Shown in pieces: positions 3,820-13,020 of a stretch of 13,431 bases of DNA (the first letter of the stretch is position 1; each line of letters opens with the position of its first letter). The DNA lies in NCBI GenBank assembly GCA_038741355.1, contig JAVYLC010000048.1, positions 1 through 13,431 of the forward strand, given 5' to 3'. The translations under genes and the position numbers were made by a program. Origin of the DNA: Nitrososphaerota archaeon (GTDB taxonomy: Archaea; Thermoproteota; Nitrososphaeria_A; Caldarchaeales; Calditenuaceae). The notes beneath the pieces were generated by a model, which was given only the letters and a program-made list of their open reading frames with translations, had not been told where the DNA came from and searched no databases.

Positions 3820-5925
3820 TTAGCTTGGTTTCTCAAAGTATAATATGTCGAGCGGATGGAATACTTTCATCCGCGTACCCTCCGCTAGATGGATTGCGCA
3901 GACGCTGCTCTCAGTAACGACGGCGTCAACTCCGCTTGAGGTGAAGAGTTCGAATAGCCTCGCCCCCATGGCCTTGGAGAGCCCCCTTCCGATGGGCCCG
4001 TGCTTCATTCCAAACGTCCCAGCCATCCCGCAACACATGCCGTCCTCTATGACGACAGCCTCAAGCCCCGCCGCCCGCATGAAGGCCAGTACATTCTCAA
4101 CACCGGAGAGTGGCCTCTGGTGGCATGGCACATGGATACCGTAGCGCTTCTCAGAGCTGGCTTTCACCGCCAACAGCCCCTCGCTAACCAGCCCCCTCAG
4201 GACTTGGAGGGCCTCAACCGTGTTTTTGGCGAGCGCCTCTGCTCTTTCATCACCCTTCAGTAGGTATGGGTATATGTTTTTCAGGGTGTAGGTCGCTGTG
4301 GGTTCGATTGATACGATACTATATCCCTGCTCGACGTAGCTTGAGAGCAGCTCCACGTTCTTGGCTGCATACTTCTTGGCGCCATCCCAGTCCCCGTACG
4401 CTATCAGCGGATACCCGGATGTGAGCTGGGGCGGCAGCGCAACACTCACTCCGGCTAGCTGGAGGGCCTTGACGAGCCTCTCGGCAATCTCAGGTCTACA
4501 ATAGTTAGGGAAGAAGTCTAGGAAGAGTGCAACCCTAGCCCGCGGTGTAGGCACCTCCATCTTAATCCGGTCAAATCTCTTGACAAACGTCTCTCTCCTA
4601 AACTCTGGGAGCGGTACTGTACGGTCGAGGCCGACCAGCTTCTCGAGCAGGTACCGCGGGACGCGGGCTTTTAGGACCCAGTTGCTGAGGGGCGCTAGCG
4701 GGGATGCAAGTTTGCCAAGAGCCTCATACCTCATCATTGACCTGTCAGCCTTCGGGTGGCCGTACTTGGATGCTAGGAGGTCCTTGACCCTCGAGATCAT
4801 GAGTGGTATGTTGATGGAGATGGGGCAGACATCTTTGCAGAGTCCGCATGATATGCAGAGATGGGCGAAGGATGCCTTGTCAATCCCGTGGATGTTGGCG
4901 GTCCAAGGTATGCCGATAGGCCCTGGATATATGTGGCCGAAGATGTGGCCGCCTGTGACACTGTAGGGTGCGCAGACATTCATGCAGGCGCCGCATCTTA
5001 TGCAGTGTAGAGCCTCTCTGAAGATTTCGTCGCCCAGCATCCTGCTTCTTCCATTGTCTAGTAGGACTATGTGCATCTCGCGGGAACTATCCCCAGCCAT
5101 AGGCGACCTCCCCGCCATGATGGAGACATATGTTGTGAGCCTCTGCCCCGTCGCAGCGACAGCATGAGCCCTGGCAAGTATCAGGGCCTCCTCGACAGTC
5201 TCAACTATCTTCTCTATGCCGACCAAGACTATCTGGACACGGGGGAGGCTGGAGGTTAGCCTTCCGTTCCCCTCATTCGTCTCTAGGACCACCGCACCCG
5301 TCTCCGCCACAGCAACGTTGGCCCCATTCAGGCCTATATCAGCCGTGAGGAAGACTTCGCGGAGTCTCTGGCGAATATAGCCCATAATCTCTTGAATGTC
5401 GCTGCCCACCTCTCTGTGAGCCTCTTCTGAGAAGAGCTGGCTCACATCCTCGATGGTCTTATGTATCGCCGGGAAGACTAGGTGGCTTGGCTTCTCGCGG
5501 GCCAGCTGTATTATCCTCTCGCCCAAGTCTGTCTCGACAACGTTGAGCCCCTCAGCCTGAAGCCCCTCATTAAGCAGGATCTCCTCGCTGGTCAAGGATT
5601 TTGACTTGGCTACTAGGCTCGCCTGGGCACTTCTCGCTATTCCCGCTATTATCTTGACTGCCTCCTCTCCATCGCGGGCGAAATAGACCCTCGCCCCCCT
5701 CTTCTCAGCATTTCTGGTAAAGACATCTACCAGCTCGGAGAGCCTCTCGATACTCCTCCCCTTTATCCTCCTCGCCTCGCTCCTGAAGGCCTCATAGTCC
5801 TCCATCTCGGCAATGGCCTTCGCCCTTCCCCCGAGGCCTCTGAGCATCGCGGCGTACAGGCCTCTTACCGGCCCCTGCCTGAGCCTCCTCCTAACCCTCT
5901 CCTCCAAGGCACTGTATAACGTCAA
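3820..5925 (-). CDS. lutB: LutB-like LUD-domain iron-sulfur oxidoreductase fused to a C-terminal LutA/GlcF-like cysteine-rich (CCG) module
   Basis: The N-terminal LUD/DUF162 region carries ..LVFPAIHKT.. and AVAETGAVVLETNEGNGR. Two 4Fe-4S ferredoxin motifs are present (CIRCGACMNVCAPY and CISCGLCKDVCP). The C-terminal half carries CCG-type motifs (VPCHQR and MCCGMAGTFG). The TTG start at 5925 lies 9 nt after AGGTG and 6 nt after the lutC stop. Confidence 0.85.
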   Translation of the reverse strand: MTLYSALEERVRRRLRQGPVRGLYAAMLRGLGGRAKAIAEMEDYEAFRSEARRIKGRSIERLSELVDVFTRNAEKRGARVYFARDGEEAVKIIAGIARSAQASLVAKSKSLTSEEILLNEGLQAEGLNVVETDLGERIIQLAREKPSHLVFPAIHKTIEDVSQLFSEEAHREVGSDIQEIMGYIRQRLREVFLTADIGLNGANVAVAETGAVVLETNEGNGRLTSSLPRVQIVLVGIEKIVETVEEALILARAHAVAATGQRLTTYVSIMAGRSPMAGDSSREMHIVLLDNGRSRMLGDEIFREALHCIRCGACMNVCAPYSVTGGHIFGHIYPGPIGIPWTANIHGIDKASFAHLCISCGLCKDVCPISINIPLMISRVKDLLASKYGHPKADRSMMRYEALGKLASPLAPLSNWVLKARVPRYLLEKLVGLDRTVPLPEFRRETFVKRFDRIKMEVPTPRARVALFLDFFPNYCRPEIAERLVKALQLAGVSVALPPQLTSGYPLIAYGDWDGAKKYAAKNVELLSSYVEQGYSIVSIEPTATYTLKNIYPYLLKGDERAEALAKNTVEALQVLRGLVSEGLLAVKASSEKRYGIHVPCHQRPLSGVENVLAFMRAAGLEAVVIEDGMCCGMAGTFGMKHGPIGRGLSKAMGARLFELFTSSGVDAVVTESSVCAIHLAEGTRMKVFHPLDILYFEKPS

Positions 5926-5931
5926 CTAGGC

Positions 5932-6474
5932 CTACACCTCTAGTAGTACCTTGACGACTCGCGGTCCATGGACGCCTATAACTTGTCTTAACTCGATGTC
6001 GGCGGTCCTGCTCGGCCCAGATATTAGGGTGGCTGAGAAGTTGTTTTGCTTTGATGCCTGCCTTATGAGTGATGCGATCTCCAGCAGCCCTTCTAGGACC
6101 TTGGAAGACTCTAGGTATGCGATGTGGGTTGGAGGAAGGGTTGAGACCAGCCTATCAGAGTCGTCGTAGCAGATCTCTAGGATTGAGCCTGTCTCAGCTA
6201 TTCCAGCCTCAGGGAAGGATATGCCTAGGCTGCAGCCGGCAATTTCGGTGGGTGACGCATGGGGGCCAACAAGCCTAGATATGCCGTCCAAACTTTTCCT
6301 GATGCTGTCTAGACGTTTTTCATCGCATGTGGCTATTGCTGCTGGGCTGGAAACGGCCCTCGCCTCCCTCACGATGAAGTCTAGGACCTCATCCCAGCTC
6401 TGCACAAGCTCTACAACGCCTCCCTGCTCCCTAAACCTCTCGATGAAGAGGTCCACTCTCTCGCTTATGCGCAT
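5932..6474 (-). CDS. lutC: LutC-like LUD-domain protein (lactate/2-hydroxyacid utilisation protein C)
   Basis: GIAETGSILE and ISGPSRTADIELRQVIGVHGPR are LUD/YkgG-family signatures. The gene is the first in an operon with the lutB-like gene. A TATA box lies about 29 nt upstream of the ATG. Confidence 0.8.
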   Translation of the reverse strand: MRISERVDLFIERFREQGGVVELVQSWDEVLDFIVREARAVSSPAAIATCDEKRLDSIRKSLDGISRLVGPHASPTEIAGCSLGISFPEAGIAETGSILEICYDDSDRLVSTLPPTHIAYLESSKVLEGLLEIASLIRQASKQNNFSATLISGPSRTADIELRQVIGVHGPRVVKVLLEV

Positions 6475-6496
6475 ATAACCATCAAGGCTAAAATGC

Positions 6497-6509
6497 CTCT
6501 ATATATGAG
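6497..6509. promoter_or_regulatory. Near-palindromic TATA element in the divergent lutC / malate synthase intergenic region
   Basis: CTCTATATATGAG. Its centre is about 29 nt from the lutC ATG at 6474 (minus strand) and about 52 nt from the malate synthase GTG at 6555. It could serve one or both directions. Confidence 0.4.
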
Positions 6510-6554
6510 CGTTACCATTGCGTAGACCTTCAGCAAACCCTATAGCTAAATGGT

Positions 6555-9089
6555 GTGAGAGAACCTTTAAAACACCTCAAAGCGCAGATATTTGGTGTGC
6601 GCCTGCTCATCAAGGTTTTGGAGGACTATCCCGAACTCTTCGGTGTAAAGGAGGTTAATGGGCGGAGAATCTCTGTGGAGGAGTTGATCGAGAAGATCGC
6701 ACTCGTGCTTGGGCCCGAGATTGACAAGGTTCTTGAGGAGAGGAGGAAGTGGCTTGAGGATGATCGCCCTCTCTCGGCGAAAGGAGCATTCCCCGACTGG
6801 GACGCGGTGTTCACGGATGCGGATGGAAAAAGGAGAACCTTCCGAGAGATAGTCCAGGGATTGATTGACAACTTTCTCGGACGAGACACGCCGCTTAGGT
6901 GGAGGCTCAACGAGAACGTCCCGATACCCGATGACGCGCATCCGCTCAAGAATCCTGGCCTCGAGATCACGGGACCTTGGCATCCCCTTAGCAGGGCGAT
7001 AAACCAGATCAATTCTGACGTCGCAGTGGCTTTCGAGGATGAGGAGGACGCTTCTCCCGCCATGTATATTCCCTATGGCTCCAAGGATAAGTGTGCGGCT
7101 GTCTGGGAGGCTAGGAGGAATGTTAAGAGAGTCCTAGCTGGTGAACTGCCAAGCGAGTATGTTGAGCGCGGGAAGGTATACAGGGTGGAGAAGCCGCGGC
7201 ACAGGTGGCCGACAGTCTTCCACAGGCTGCCGGGAATACACCTTCTGGACTTTGACGTCCTTCTAGACGGGAAGCCTATACCATCCATCATCCCTTCAGC
7301 GGTCATCTATACTCTGAACAACTACGACTCTCTGAGGAGGGCGGGCTCCGGTGTCTACTTCTATATCCCCAAGATTCAGACGCCAAGTGAGGCACTAGTT
7401 GTAGAGAAACTCCTGAGGATGATAGAGGACGCAATAGGTGTCCGGTATGGCACCATCAAGATAGCCATGCTCTATGAGGAGGGGCAGGCAGGCCGGTATC
7501 TTCCAGCAATCCTCTGGGTCTGGAGGGAGAGGCTCATCAAGTCGAGTAATGGTAGGTGGGACTACCTCGGCAGCCTAATAGAGATGTGGAGAGAGGAGAG
7601 GGTTTTCCCTGACCCGCAGAACATTACGATGAGCTCGCCGAACATGATAGTATACCAGAAGTATAATGCCCTCATGATGCTGATGGCTGGTCTGAGGAAC
7701 GGTGAAGCCGACTCGGCCCCCGTGGGCGGGATGGCGGCCGTAATGCTTTACCCAGCCACAGACCCATACCGCCGCAATAAATACAACCTCAAAGCCCTAA
7801 GAGACATAAAGCTGGACAAACTCCGTGAGCGCCTACTCGGCCTGATATTTGTGCCTGATGAGCCGTTTTTAGAAGGCCGCAAAGTCACACTCGATGACAT
7901 TCTCTCAGGCAGGGTCAGGGGGAAGCTCTACGACGTGTTCAGGCAGAGCTGGGTTGCGACGAAGGAGGAGTCCTACGTCGCCGCGGGAAACGAGCCACTG
8001 CGGGTAGACGTGTCTATGCTCCAGCGGATAATAGACGCCGAGGTCAGGCTTGAGAATGTTGGGGGGATGGTGCTGCCCACAGTGGACAGCGGGCTGACTG
8101 AGAGCGAGAGGAGGAGGTTCCAGATGCTTGGACTTCTAGACTCTGATGGCAAGATTACGCCGTGGATCGTCCCCAAGGAGGAGATTGAAACACCTGAGAA
8201 GCTCTTCTCAAGCCGTATCTGGGGAGACAAGGACCTGTGGCACGGCCTATACGACCCCCCAAGCGGGGACATAACAGTCGAACATATCCAGCACGCATTC
8301 TACATGGCCGCCAACTACGGCTTCCAAGTCCTAAACGGAAACCTCGCAGCAGCCATCGACGACTACGAGCTCAGGCAGAGATTCATGAACGACCTCGCAA
8401 CCTACAGAATCTTCGTCTCATGGCTCTGGACCCTGGTACGCCACCGCGCAAAGATCACCAAGCCAGGTCATCTTAAGGCTCCTAGCCTCACCGAGATAGG
8501 AGTCATCCCAGCGATTGACAGGGTTAGGGTAGAGGCGGAGACGGTCTTCTCTGAGGAACTTTTTGACAGTCTCTGGGAGCTTCACAACGAGTGGGTTGAA
8601 GCCTTTTACGAGGAGCAAGACAGACTGGCCGCCACTAGGATAGTGTCGGGGGTGCTTGGTGCTGGAGCGGTATGTAGAGAGCTCTTGGAGAGGTTGTTGC
8701 CGGTTATTAGGCGGGCCTATGAGGCGGGCCCCTTCAGAAACCTGCCAGTGGAAGAGGCTGCGAAGGAGGCTGCCGAGATACTCAACACCGACCCCGGCAC
8801 AGCTCAGAGAGAAATCGAGAGCAACGCACCACGCTTCGACAGGTCCAAGGCGCCCATTATAATGGAGGTTCTCAGGAGACAGCTCACATCGCTCCGCTAC
8901 ATACAGCACAGCGCCAGACTCCTATTCGTCATGGCCAGCATGAGCGCTGATGAAGGTAAGAGCCTACTTGAGGCCGTCTTCGCCCCGTCTAGAAGCGGGG
9001 TAGTCGAGAAGGTGAAGCGGGGCCTCCTCGATAAGAGACACCTTGAGCTGCACGACTACATCTACGACTACCGGCCTATTGGGGTCTGA
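6555..9089 (+). CDS. aceB: Malate synthase (large archaeal form, 844 aa)
   Basis: Malate synthase signatures: LEITGP, AFEDEEDASP (family DFEDxxSP), YFYIPKIQTPSEALVVEKLL...GTIKIAMLYEE (family LYLPKxExxxEA...GTIKATVLIE), and NGRWDYLGSLIEMW (family CGRWDYIFS). The GTG start is uncertain. Confidence 0.85.
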   Translation: MREPLKHLKAQIFGVRLLIKVLEDYPELFGVKEVNGRRISVEELIEKIALVLGPEIDKVLEERRKWLEDDRPLSAKGAFPDWDAVFTDADGKRRTFREIVQGLIDNFLGRDTPLRWRLNENVPIPDDAHPLKNPGLEITGPWHPLSRAINQINSDVAVAFEDEEDASPAMYIPYGSKDKCAAVWEARRNVKRVLAGELPSEYVERGKVYRVEKPRHRWPTVFHRLPGIHLLDFDVLLDGKPIPSIIPSAVIYTLNNYDSLRRAGSGVYFYIPKIQTPSEALVVEKLLRMIEDAIGVRYGTIKIAMLYEEGQAGRYLPAILWVWRERLIKSSNGRWDYLGSLIEMWREERVFPDPQNITMSSPNMIVYQKYNALMMLMAGLRNGEADSAPVGGMAAVMLYPATDPYRRNKYNLKALRDIKLDKLRERLLGLIFVPDEPFLEGRKVTLDDILSGRVRGKLYDVFRQSWVATKEESYVAAGNEPLRVDVSMLQRIIDAEVRLENVGGMVLPTVDSGLTESERRRFQMLGLLDSDGKITPWIVPKEEIETPEKLFSSRIWGDKDLWHGLYDPPSGDITVEHIQHAFYMAANYGFQVLNGNLAAAIDDYELRQRFMNDLATYRIFVSWLWTLVRHRAKITKPGHLKAPSLTEIGVIPAIDRVRVEAETVFSEELFDSLWELHNEWVEAFYEEQDRLAATRIVSGVLGAGAVCRELLERLLPVIRRAYEAGPFRNLPVEEAAKEAAEILNTDPGTAQREIESNAPRFDRSKAPIIMEVLRRQLTSLRYIQHSARLLFVMASMSADEGKSLLEAVFAPSRSGVVEKVKRGLLDKRHLELHDYIYDYRPIGV

Positions 9090-11108
9090 CTATCCTTTAG
9101 GTCTCTTAGGCGTTGCCCGTTTCTTCCAGTAGTCTGTGAGGGGCAGCCAGACGGTCATAACCGAGTCACCCCTATTCGCCCACGCATAGTAGGGGATAGC
9201 TTTCACCCTAGTCTTTCTTCTCCCCAGCATAGGTGCTTCGACGCTCCTGTAGAGCCTCCCAGACCATCCTGCAGAGTCTACCACCCGCGCATCAAAGGAG
9301 AGCGTGGTTACTCCACCAAGTAACTCTCTCTGAAAACTCTCCAGGAAGGATGTTCCCCTCTCTAACACCACCAGCCTCGGGTCCACCCTATTGTCAACGC
9401 TCTCAAGACAGTAGATGATGGGGCCGCGCGCCAGTGCTACTTGCCCCACATTATTCCTCACATAGGGGTTTGAGGCAACCTTTCTAACCTTCATAGGGAA
9501 GCTCGCCTTGACCGGGGTTTTACCCCTCCACTTCCTCCTGAGCTCAAGGTATGTCGAGGGCCTCGGCCTATAGACCTGGCCATCCACCCTTACACGCGGC
9601 TCATCACACCAGCCCGGTATTCTTAGGAAGATTGAGAAGGTTGCAGGTTCTTCACTCTCGACCGTCAGCTTAACCTCACCCCGCCAAGGATAGTCGGTCT
9701 CCTGCCTAAAAACCACCTCTACGCCGTCAAGCTTCACCACGGCTTTGCTCGAACCGTAAAGATGAGACCAGAGACCATTCTCGGAGGTTGAGTAGAAGTA
9801 GCCTGGAAGGGAGGCCAGCAGCCTCGCAAGGTTGGGAGGGCAGCAAGCACATGGGAACCAAGGAGACCTAGAGTATCCACCGCTTGAGGCCAAGGGGTTC
9901 ATGTAGAAGTACCTAGTGCCGTCTAGGGAGATGCCGGAGAGAATAGAGTTGTAGAGGGCGAGCTCCATTATGTCTGCGAATCTGGCCTCACCTGTCGCGA
10001 GAAGCAACCGCCAGTTCCACATGAAGCTCGCTATGGAGGCGCATGTCTCCCCGTAGGCCCTCTCGTTGGGGAGCTCGTAGTCCTCGCCGAACGCCTCTGA
10101 AACATATCTGGACCCGGCCGCTCCAGTGATGTACATTTTTCTTTCGACGAAGCTGTGCCAGAGCCGCTCCATCGCATCTAAGAGAGCCCTCTCACCCGTC
10201 TCCATGTAGAGGTCTGTGACGCCACAGTTTAGATATAGCGCCCTCACGGCGTGGCCGACAATCTCGCTAAGCTGGCGGATAGGAGCGTGGTCCACAAAGT
10301 ATGATGCGCCCCCAAGTATTCTATAGAGGGCGCTGCTTAACCGGTCCTCGGACGGAGGCCTCAGACTGTCTCTTCCCCTCTCGTTTATGAAGAACTCTGC
10401 TGTCGCGAGGTACCTCTTCTCGCCCGTCTCTCTGTAAAGCTCTATTAGCGCCATCTCTATCTCTGGGTGGCCGCACACTCCTCTTATCCCCTCTGGGTTG
10501 AATGTTTCGGATATCAGATTGGCAAGCTTGACAGCGGCCCGGAAGAGCTTCTCCTCACCGACAGATCTGTGGAGGGCTATTGCCCCCTGGATCAGGTGGC
10601 CTGCACAGTAAAGCTCGTGGTCAAATGTTAGATTTTTCCAGCGACGTTCTGGAGCGCCATGGTGCTCGGTGAATAGGTAGCCGTCCTCCTCCTGAGCTGC
10701 GACAATGTCGTCTACAACATTGTCGACTATCCCTCTCAGCTCATCCTCCCCACTCTTAGTGAGGTAGAAGCCGCATGCCTCCAACCACTTATAGACGTCC
10801 GAGTCATCAAAGGGGAAGAGTGAGCGGAGAGGCCTCTCAGAGACCCTCCCAGCCGCCCACCTAAATCTATTAATCCTGTCACTCTCCTCTAGCATTTCAT
10901 ACTGGTGCCAGATCGCCTCCCTAGCTATCTCGCCAACCCACCGCCTCCAGAACCCACCAACTATGTCGACACAGTCTAAGGGCACAGGTCTTAAACAAGC
11001 ATAGGGGCTCCTTGATACCTGAACAACATTGACCGGCATTCGAAAACTACTCTGATACCGCCCCAAGATATACTTTAGAAGAGCGGCCTCAGCTATCTCG
11101 CCACACAT
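9090..11108 (-). CDS. Glycoside hydrolase family 127 (DUF1680, beta-L-arabinofuranosidase-like)
   Basis: FDDSDVYKWLEA, YFYMNPLAS and the cysteine cluster PWFPCACCPPNLARLLASLPGYFY match the HypBA1/GH127 family. The true start may be the internal Met at about 11039 (MPVNVV...). Confidence 0.8.
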   Translation of the reverse strand: MCGEIAEAALLKYILGRYQSSFRMPVNVVQVSRSPYACLRPVPLDCVDIVGGFWRRWVGEIAREAIWHQYEMLEESDRINRFRWAAGRVSERPLRSLFPFDDSDVYKWLEACGFYLTKSGEDELRGIVDNVVDDIVAAQEEDGYLFTEHHGAPERRWKNLTFDHELYCAGHLIQGAIALHRSVGEEKLFRAAVKLANLISETFNPEGIRGVCGHPEIEMALIELYRETGEKRYLATAEFFINERGRDSLRPPSEDRLSSALYRILGGASYFVDHAPIRQLSEIVGHAVRALYLNCGVTDLYMETGERALLDAMERLWHSFVERKMYITGAAGSRYVSEAFGEDYELPNERAYGETCASIASFMWNWRLLLATGEARFADIMELALYNSILSGISLDGTRYFYMNPLASSGGYSRSPWFPCACCPPNLARLLASLPGYFYSTSENGLWSHLYGSSKAVVKLDGVEVVFRQETDYPWRGEVKLTVESEEPATFSIFLRIPGWCDEPRVRVDGQVYRPRPSTYLELRRKWRGKTPVKASFPMKVRKVASNPYVRNNVGQVALARGPIIYCLESVDNRVDPRLVVLERGTSFLESFQRELLGGVTTLSFDARVVDSAGWSGRLYRSVEAPMLGRRKTRVKAIPYYAWANRGDSVMTVWLPLTDYWKKRATPKRPKG

Positions 11109-11410
11109 CCCCTATCCATGACTCAATACATGATATGACTGCTTGAGACCATCTATAAGAGGTGATGGCCATACATCTTCACTTTCTGCCCACTGTGTAA
11201 GAATAGAAAACATTATCCTTCTATTTGGGCTGTCTATAATATGTCGGACATGCCCCCTCCAGAACCCCTCCGGCGGTCCTACATTGATGACCCCTCCATC
11301 CCCTAACCATCACACATCCTCTCCGATACCAGGTCACCCCCATCCATTGTGGTGACGTGGCCGCCGAGGATTCAGACAATCTCCCCTCCTGAAAAAGCTT
11401 AGCATTAAAT

Positions 11411-12778
11411 ATGCACACCGCATCACCAGTATCGTTGAGGGTCATAATAATAGGCGGTGGCGCCGCTGGGGCGTCTGCAGCAGCACGTGCCAGACGTCTC
11501 GACCCTAATGCTGAGATAACACTAGTAGAGGCATCCGCGATGATAACGCATGCTCCCTGCGGCATACCCTACGCGATAAGCTCCCTCGTCCCATCACACA
11601 AGATGCTAAGAACCTATTCACCTGAGAGATTCGCCTCCGAGAGGAGGGTCCAAGTCCTAACTAACACGGTGGCCGAGGACGTCGACGTCGATAATAGGAC
11701 CGTAGATGTGAGGAGGGATGGGGGACAAGAGAGGCTGAGGTGGGACGCGCTAGTGCTAGCCACCGGTGCCAAACCTATCGTCCCGAGACTGGAGGGCTTG
11801 GGGGAGCTGAGACCCATAACGCTTAGGCATCCAGAGGATGTGACAGAGGCTAGGGCTAGGTTGGAGCGGGCGAAGAGGGTGGCCGTCATAGGAGGGGGGT
11901 ACATTGGTGTCGAGATGGCCGAGGCACTATTGGAGATGGGAAAATCTACAATTCTCTTTGAGATGATGGACAGGCTAATGCCAGGTGCTTTAGACTCAGA
12001 GATCTCAAAGGTCCTCGAGGATGCTATGAGGAGTGCTGGCGTTGAAGTCCACCTGTTAGAGGCCGTTAGAGCCCTCTCGAGGAGGGGTGAGATGATAGTC
12101 TTGCAGACGGACTTAGGCAGCTACAATGTGGACGAGATAGTTATGGGAGTCGGCGTACGCCCCAACGTGGACCTAGCCCTCAGGGCTGGTGCGAGGCTCG
12201 GAGTCACAGGCGCAGTCGAGACCGACGAGTCCATGTCAACCAACGTCGAGGGGGTCTTCGCAGCCGGCGACCTCGTCGAGAAGCACCATCTGGTCCTCGG
12301 GAGGAAGGTCTGGATACCACTCGCACCCGCAGCGAACAAGGAGGGCCAGGTAGCCGGGGCCAACGCCGTCAGGAGAGGATCTCTTAGGATGAGGGGGGTC
12401 GTGGGCACGGCGGTTACGAGGTTTAGGGATGTGTACGTGGCTAGGACCGGACTCGGCGAGGCCGAGGCTAACAGGCACGGGTTCAAGGTCGAGTCAACCC
12501 TAATTAGGGCGCGCACGAAGGCTGGTTACTTTCCAGGCGGAGTCGAAGTCACTGTGAAGATGATTGTCGAACGCGGGTCAGGCAGGATTCTGGGTGTACA
12601 AGTGATAGGCGCTGACCCGATCATAGCCTCCTATGTGGACGTGGCGGCGCTCGCGATAGAGAGGGGGATGACGGTAGAAGACCTCTTCTTCTCCGACATA
12701 GGGTACATGCCCGCCACTGCACCGGTCTGGCACCCGCTGATAGTCGCGGCGAGGACCCTGTCAGGTGGAAGGTTCTAG
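11411..12778 (+). CDS. CoA-disulfide reductase / NADH oxidase family pyridine-nucleotide-disulfide oxidoreductase
   Basis: FAD fold VIIIGGGAAGASAAARARRL, redox-active single-Cys motif THAPCGIPYA (as in the Pyrococcus CoADR SHAPCGIPY), NAD fold VAVIGGGYIGVEMAEAL, and VFAAGD. Confidence 0.85.
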   Translation: MHTASPVSLRVIIIGGGAAGASAAARARRLDPNAEITLVEASAMITHAPCGIPYAISSLVPSHKMLRTYSPERFASERRVQVLTNTVAEDVDVDNRTVDVRRDGGQERLRWDALVLATGAKPIVPRLEGLGELRPITLRHPEDVTEARARLERAKRVAVIGGGYIGVEMAEALLEMGKSTILFEMMDRLMPGALDSEISKVLEDAMRSAGVEVHLLEAVRALSRRGEMIVLQTDLGSYNVDEIVMGVGVRPNVDLALRAGARLGVTGAVETDESMSTNVEGVFAAGDLVEKHHLVLGRKVWIPLAPAANKEGQVAGANAVRRGSLRMRGVVGTAVTRFRDVYVARTGLGEAEANRHGFKVESTLIRARTKAGYFPGGVEVTVKMIVERGSGRILGVQVIGADPIIASYVDVAALAIERGMTVEDLFFSDIGYMPATAPVWHPLIVAARTLSGGRF

Positions 12779-13020
12779 GGAGTGGGAAGGCGACTAGGAG
12801 CATCCAACAAGTGTAGCTCGGACGGTGCCGTTGTAACGCCCGGAATCATCCGCGAGTCGAAGTGTCCTACTCCACTAATCGTCTGAAGGATAAGGGGGAA
12901 GAGGCGCTGATGAAAGCCAAAGAATCAAGGAATATGTCTTTACGCAAGGATCTGATGAACTGAGATCCATGCACTATCCAGCATGCATAGGTTTATGATG
13001 TGGGGGAGGATTTTTCACGC

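Noticed and set aside
3845-5259. Plus-strand ORFs (3845..4144, 4000..4263, 4580..4966, 4982..5167, 5071..5259) and minus-strand ORF 4797..4979 within lutB
   Set aside because: All lie inside the 701-aa LutB-like ORF, which has strong motif support, either on the opposite strand or in an alternative frame. None shows any domain signature.
5951-6478. Plus-strand ORFs antisense to lutC
   Set aside because: Same reasoning: the minus-strand LUD-domain ORF explains the region.
6567-8909. ORFs inside malate synthase: minus-strand antisense ORFs of 77-163 aa (6567..6983, 6626..7063, 7073..7306, 7973..8272, 8418..8909) and plus-strand alternative-frame ORFs (8237..8476, 8656..8862)
   Set aside because: Ser/Pro/Arg-rich products with no motifs. 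They are typical shadow ORFs of a GC-biased sense frame.
11143-11565. ORFs 11143..11355(+) and 11221..11565(-) in or overlapping the GH127 / CoADR intergenic region
   Set aside because: Pro/Ser/His-rich low-complexity products with no translation signals. The minus-strand ORF overlaps the well-supported CoADR N-terminus in antisense.
11614-12803. Minus-strand ORFs antisense to the CoA-disulfide reductase gene
   Set aside because: Ser/Thr/Leu/Pro-rich shadow ORFs inside a strongly supported sense ORF.
12790-12890. tRNA-like D-arm word GTAGCTCGGACGGT in the CoADR / tpiA spacer
   Set aside because: I could not build an acceptor stem, an anticodon arm, or a T-arm with a TTCRAAT loop around it.
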